DNA from: Anolis carolinensis
Lineage: Eukaryota
DNA: 64,000 bases
Direction of reading: 5' to 3'
Assembly: GCF_035594765.1 (NCBI RefSeq)
Contig: NC_085841.1
Location: forward strand, 172,159,574 to 172,223,573
Shown: piece by piece, positions 60,794 to 64,000 of the stretch
Layout: each line of letters begins with the position of its first letter
How positions within the stretch are numbered: position 1 is the first letter of the stretch
Translations under genes and position numbers: made by a program
Notes under the pieces: generated by a model
The model's input: only the letters and a program-made list of their open reading frames with translations
What the model was told of the DNA's origin: nothing
Databases searched by the model: none

Positions 60794-61591
60794 TATCCTT
60801 GACAAAATTGAAGGAAAAGCTGATAAGGAGAAGACCTGGCTATGGCTCACGAATGGGACCCTGAAGAAGGAGACAGAAGGCCTGATCCTTGCAGCCCAGG
60901 AGCAAGCCATCAGAACAAATGCAATTAAGGCCGAGATCGAAAAATCCGCTGATGACCCAAAATGCAGACTGTGCAAGGAAGCTGACGAAACCATTGATCA
61001 TATCCTCAGCTGCTGTAAGAAAATCGCACAGACAGACTACAAACAGAGGCACAACTATGTGACCCAAATGATTCATTGGAACTTATGCCTCAAGTACCAC
61101 CTCCCAGCAGCAAAGAACTGGTGGGATCACAAACCTGCAAAAGTATTGGAAAATGAGCATGCAAAGATACTGTGGGACTTCCAAATCCAGACTGACAAAG
61201 TTCTGGATAGCAACACACCAGACATCACAGTTGTGGAAAACATTGATGTTGCCATCCCAGGGGACAGTCGCATTGACGAAAAACAACAGGAAAAACTCAG
61301 CCGCTATCAGGACCTCAAGATTGAACTTCAAAGACTGTCAGAAACCAGTGCAGGTGGTCCCAGTGGTGATGGGCACATTGGGTGTCGTGCCAAAGGATCT
61401 CAGCCAGCACTTGGAAACAATAGACATTGACAAAATCATGATCTGCCAACTGCAAAAGGCCACCCTACTGGGATCTGCACGCATCATCCGAAAATACATC
61501 ACACAGTCCTAGACAATTGGGAAGTGTTTGACTTGTGATTTTGTAATACAAAATCCAGCATATCTATCTTGTTTGCTGTGTCATAAAATAA

Positions 61592-61640
<49 letters not shown>
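60794..61640 (+). mobile_element. R4/Dong-clade 3' fragment with (TAA)n tail
   Basis: LKKETEGLILAAQEQAIRTN, CRLCKEADETIDHILSCC, ILWDFQIQTDK; has a deletion and a frameshift relative to the 51420-52143 copy. Confidence 0.9.
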
Positions 61641-61644
<4 letters not shown>

Positions 61645-61765
61645 TCTATTTGCTTTCTTTTCCTTATATCCCAAATATACTGCCTGAGGTAGGCATCTCA
61701 CTCTGTCTATAGTAGAGCTGACCTTTCCATGGGCTGCTTTCCAAATAATGCAACATTCCAAACAT

Positions 61766-62255
61766 GGGCTGTGGCGCAGGCTGGTTAGTAGCCAGCTGCA
61801 ATAAATCAATATGACCAAGAGGTCAAGATTTCGAGGCCAGCCTGTGTCAGAGTGAGCACCCGAATATTAAAATAAAAAATTGCCCTGCTCGTTGTTGACC
61901 TAAGCAATCTGAAAGATAGTTGCATCTATCAAGTAGGAAATGTCGGTACCACTTATGTGGGGAGGCTAATTTAACTAATTTATGACACCATAAAAATCGT
62001 CCAGCAGTATTTGGAATGAGGAAGTATCCAAGGACTCGGCATCACAGTGAATGATGAAGCAGCTGCTCCCTCTGTGGCTGGAATCGAGCATACCCTCAGG
62101 AAGCTGGAAGCTGGAAGCTGGAGAAGGTTAAATTGCCTCTGTGTCTCTGTCTCTATGTTCATGTGGCATGCCATGTATGTGTACATTGTGATCCATCCTG
62201 AGTCCCCTTTAGGGTGAGAAGGGCAGAATATAAATACTGTAAATAAATAAATAAA
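61766..62255 (+). mobile_element. tRNA-derived SINE with L2-type tail (same family as 10361-10834)
   Basis: Head gggctgtggcgcaggctggtt; tail ctgagtcccc...aatataaatactgtaaataaataaataaa. Confidence 0.85.
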
Positions 62256-62280
62256 CTGCCCACAAAAACACAGAAATTAG

Positions 62281-63123
62281 TAGGGGTGTGCACAGTTCAA
62301 TTTGGCAATATGGGATTCGGTGAAAAAGGACTGGGCAGTATCCAACTAAAGCCTTAATCGGAACAGATCACGAACAGCTGGATCTTTCAGTTAATGGAGG
62401 CAATAGGGCTGAGCTGTACTCCACAGCATGTGGACAGCCACACAATTCAGGCAAGAGTGGGTGCTTGGCGGCAGCAGTCCTCCTCTTCTTTCTTTCCCAG
62501 GAGTCTCCTCCAGTCCTTCCCAAAGCCCACACCTCTGGTAGAGTGCCCGCCTGAGGCAAATAAGGCTGGAAAGAGAGAGAGAAAGAGAGAAAAGGACAGG
62601 AAAGATTTCCTTAAGCATCTCCTCCAGAAAGCGTCCCGTCGAGAACTTGCTTTCCCAGCAGCATTTTGCACGGTGCGGGCATTGAAAGAGCCTCAGCCTC
62701 TCTACTGGGGCATGATGGGGGGTTGAGATTTTACACTCCAGGTGTTTCTCACATTTCTTTCTCAGCCAATCAGAGGCCTGTTTGACTGTATCCATCCTCC
62801 TTCCTCTTGTGGTGCGTGCTGGTTGGGACTACAATTCCCAGAACCCCCCCAAAAATCGGTGGATTAGCAAAACATTCTGAAACTTGGCAGGCTTGCTGCC
62901 GTAAATGTGGCCTACAACTGAGGCAAGTTTAATCCTGATAGGCCTGAAAATGACAGAGAAACAAGCCTCTACGTTTTCCCCATTGGCGCCAATTGACTGA
63001 ATTCTACTGGATCAAAAGCAGCACCCTCTTCCAGATTCTGGGAATTTCCCGGTAAATTGAACGGAGAGTAGCCAAAAATGGGACCACAAACTGGTTGGGT
63101 TTTTGCTGACTCTCACGCCCCTA
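62281..63123. mobile_element. Non-autonomous hAT element, 843 bp
   Basis: TIRs taggggtgtg / cacgccccta; perfect 8-bp TSD gaaattag at 62273-62280 and 63124-63131. Confidence 0.88.
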
Positions 63124-64000
63124 GAAATTAGTTAACTGGACAGGATTAACTATAGGGTTATTGAATGCTCATGTATGGACTCTTGAAGGAATGCATACTT
63201 ACACAAGCACTCCTCATGACATAGCATGCATAAACACCACTGTGTTACTGTTTGCTACAAGGTTACTTCAACTAGGACAAGCATCTCCACGAGCAAGACT
63301 GGTAAAGCCACAATTCTATTCTTGGGTCAGATTTGATCCAAGGACTAGTGGTAGGTGATTCCTTCCATGGCACTGGAAAACAGCCTAGGTTTTAAGATAA
63401 AGACCCAGAATATATTAATCACCTCACCGGCAATGGGAGCCACAAGCTGCCTTTATGACGGGCAGGAGGGGGGACATTTGAAAGCATGTGATTCAGAGTT
63501 TTTAAAACATAAACCCTATTCCGAAATCACATAAATGTATGAAAAGTCCATTCGCTTCCATCATTCATGATAACCTAGGTACCTAGAGATAACATATTAG
63601 CATTGTCTTTTTGAAAAGAAAAAGAAAAAAGAAAAGAAATGCTAGGTTTTTCTGGGCAGCAAAATTCAGTGTAAACTTGTGTGACATGCAAAAAGAGAAT
63701 GGAACCCCCAAGGCACAGAGATGTAACTGAAAAATAACTGCTTATTTAAGGAATTTGTGCTTTAGATGACATTTAAATGTGGAAGGAAAGCTTCCAGAAT
63801 GGGAAAATGTAAATAAAAAGGACATTTTTTCAGAGTTCTTTCTCCAGCTTACTGTCAGACTAGGAAGCTAGAGTAGGCTTCAAATGTGGACTTTTTTTAA
63901 AGTTATTTTCAAAAAACAAAAAACCCTCCCCATTTCAAAATAGAGTTACTGATATGTTATCACAGAATCAAGCAAACAATAAAACGTTGGATGTTGAATC

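Noticed and set aside
62368-62795. Overlapping ORFs of 63-134 aa
   Set aside because: They lie in the GC-richer interior of a non-autonomous hAT element and have no transposase motifs.

Overview
This is eukaryotic, repeat-dense, AT-rich DNA. The repeat complement (Sauria-type SINE, Anolis-type SINE2, CR1, L2, RTE, Penelope, R4/Dong, hAT and Harbinger MITEs) points to a squamate, most likely an Anolis lizard (inference). One host gene can be assembled by hand: a 7-coding-exon gene on the + strand (19793-25975) with canonical GT-AG introns in consistent phase, encoding an uncharacterised 303-aa, Trp-rich protein with about 8 TM helices. A near-intact, full-length 5.2-kb non-LTR retrotransposon (probably RTEX clade, 39267-44434, - strand) has ORF1 and ORF2 in the same frame, separated by a single TGA followed by CAA CTA. 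That is the stop-CARYYA leaky-termination context, and no ATG precedes the endonuclease WN motif, which suggests ORF2 is made by stop-codon readthrough. A 2029-bp TG...CA element with a 4-bp TSD (52473-54501) looks like a very long solo LTR with a hairpin at its predicted +1; it sits inside a SINE that itself sits inside a Harbinger MITE. Penelope remnants carry decayed hammerhead ribozyme motifs and fold-back ends. No rRNA, genuine tRNA or CRISPR array was seen. Family names come from motif recognition, not database searches.
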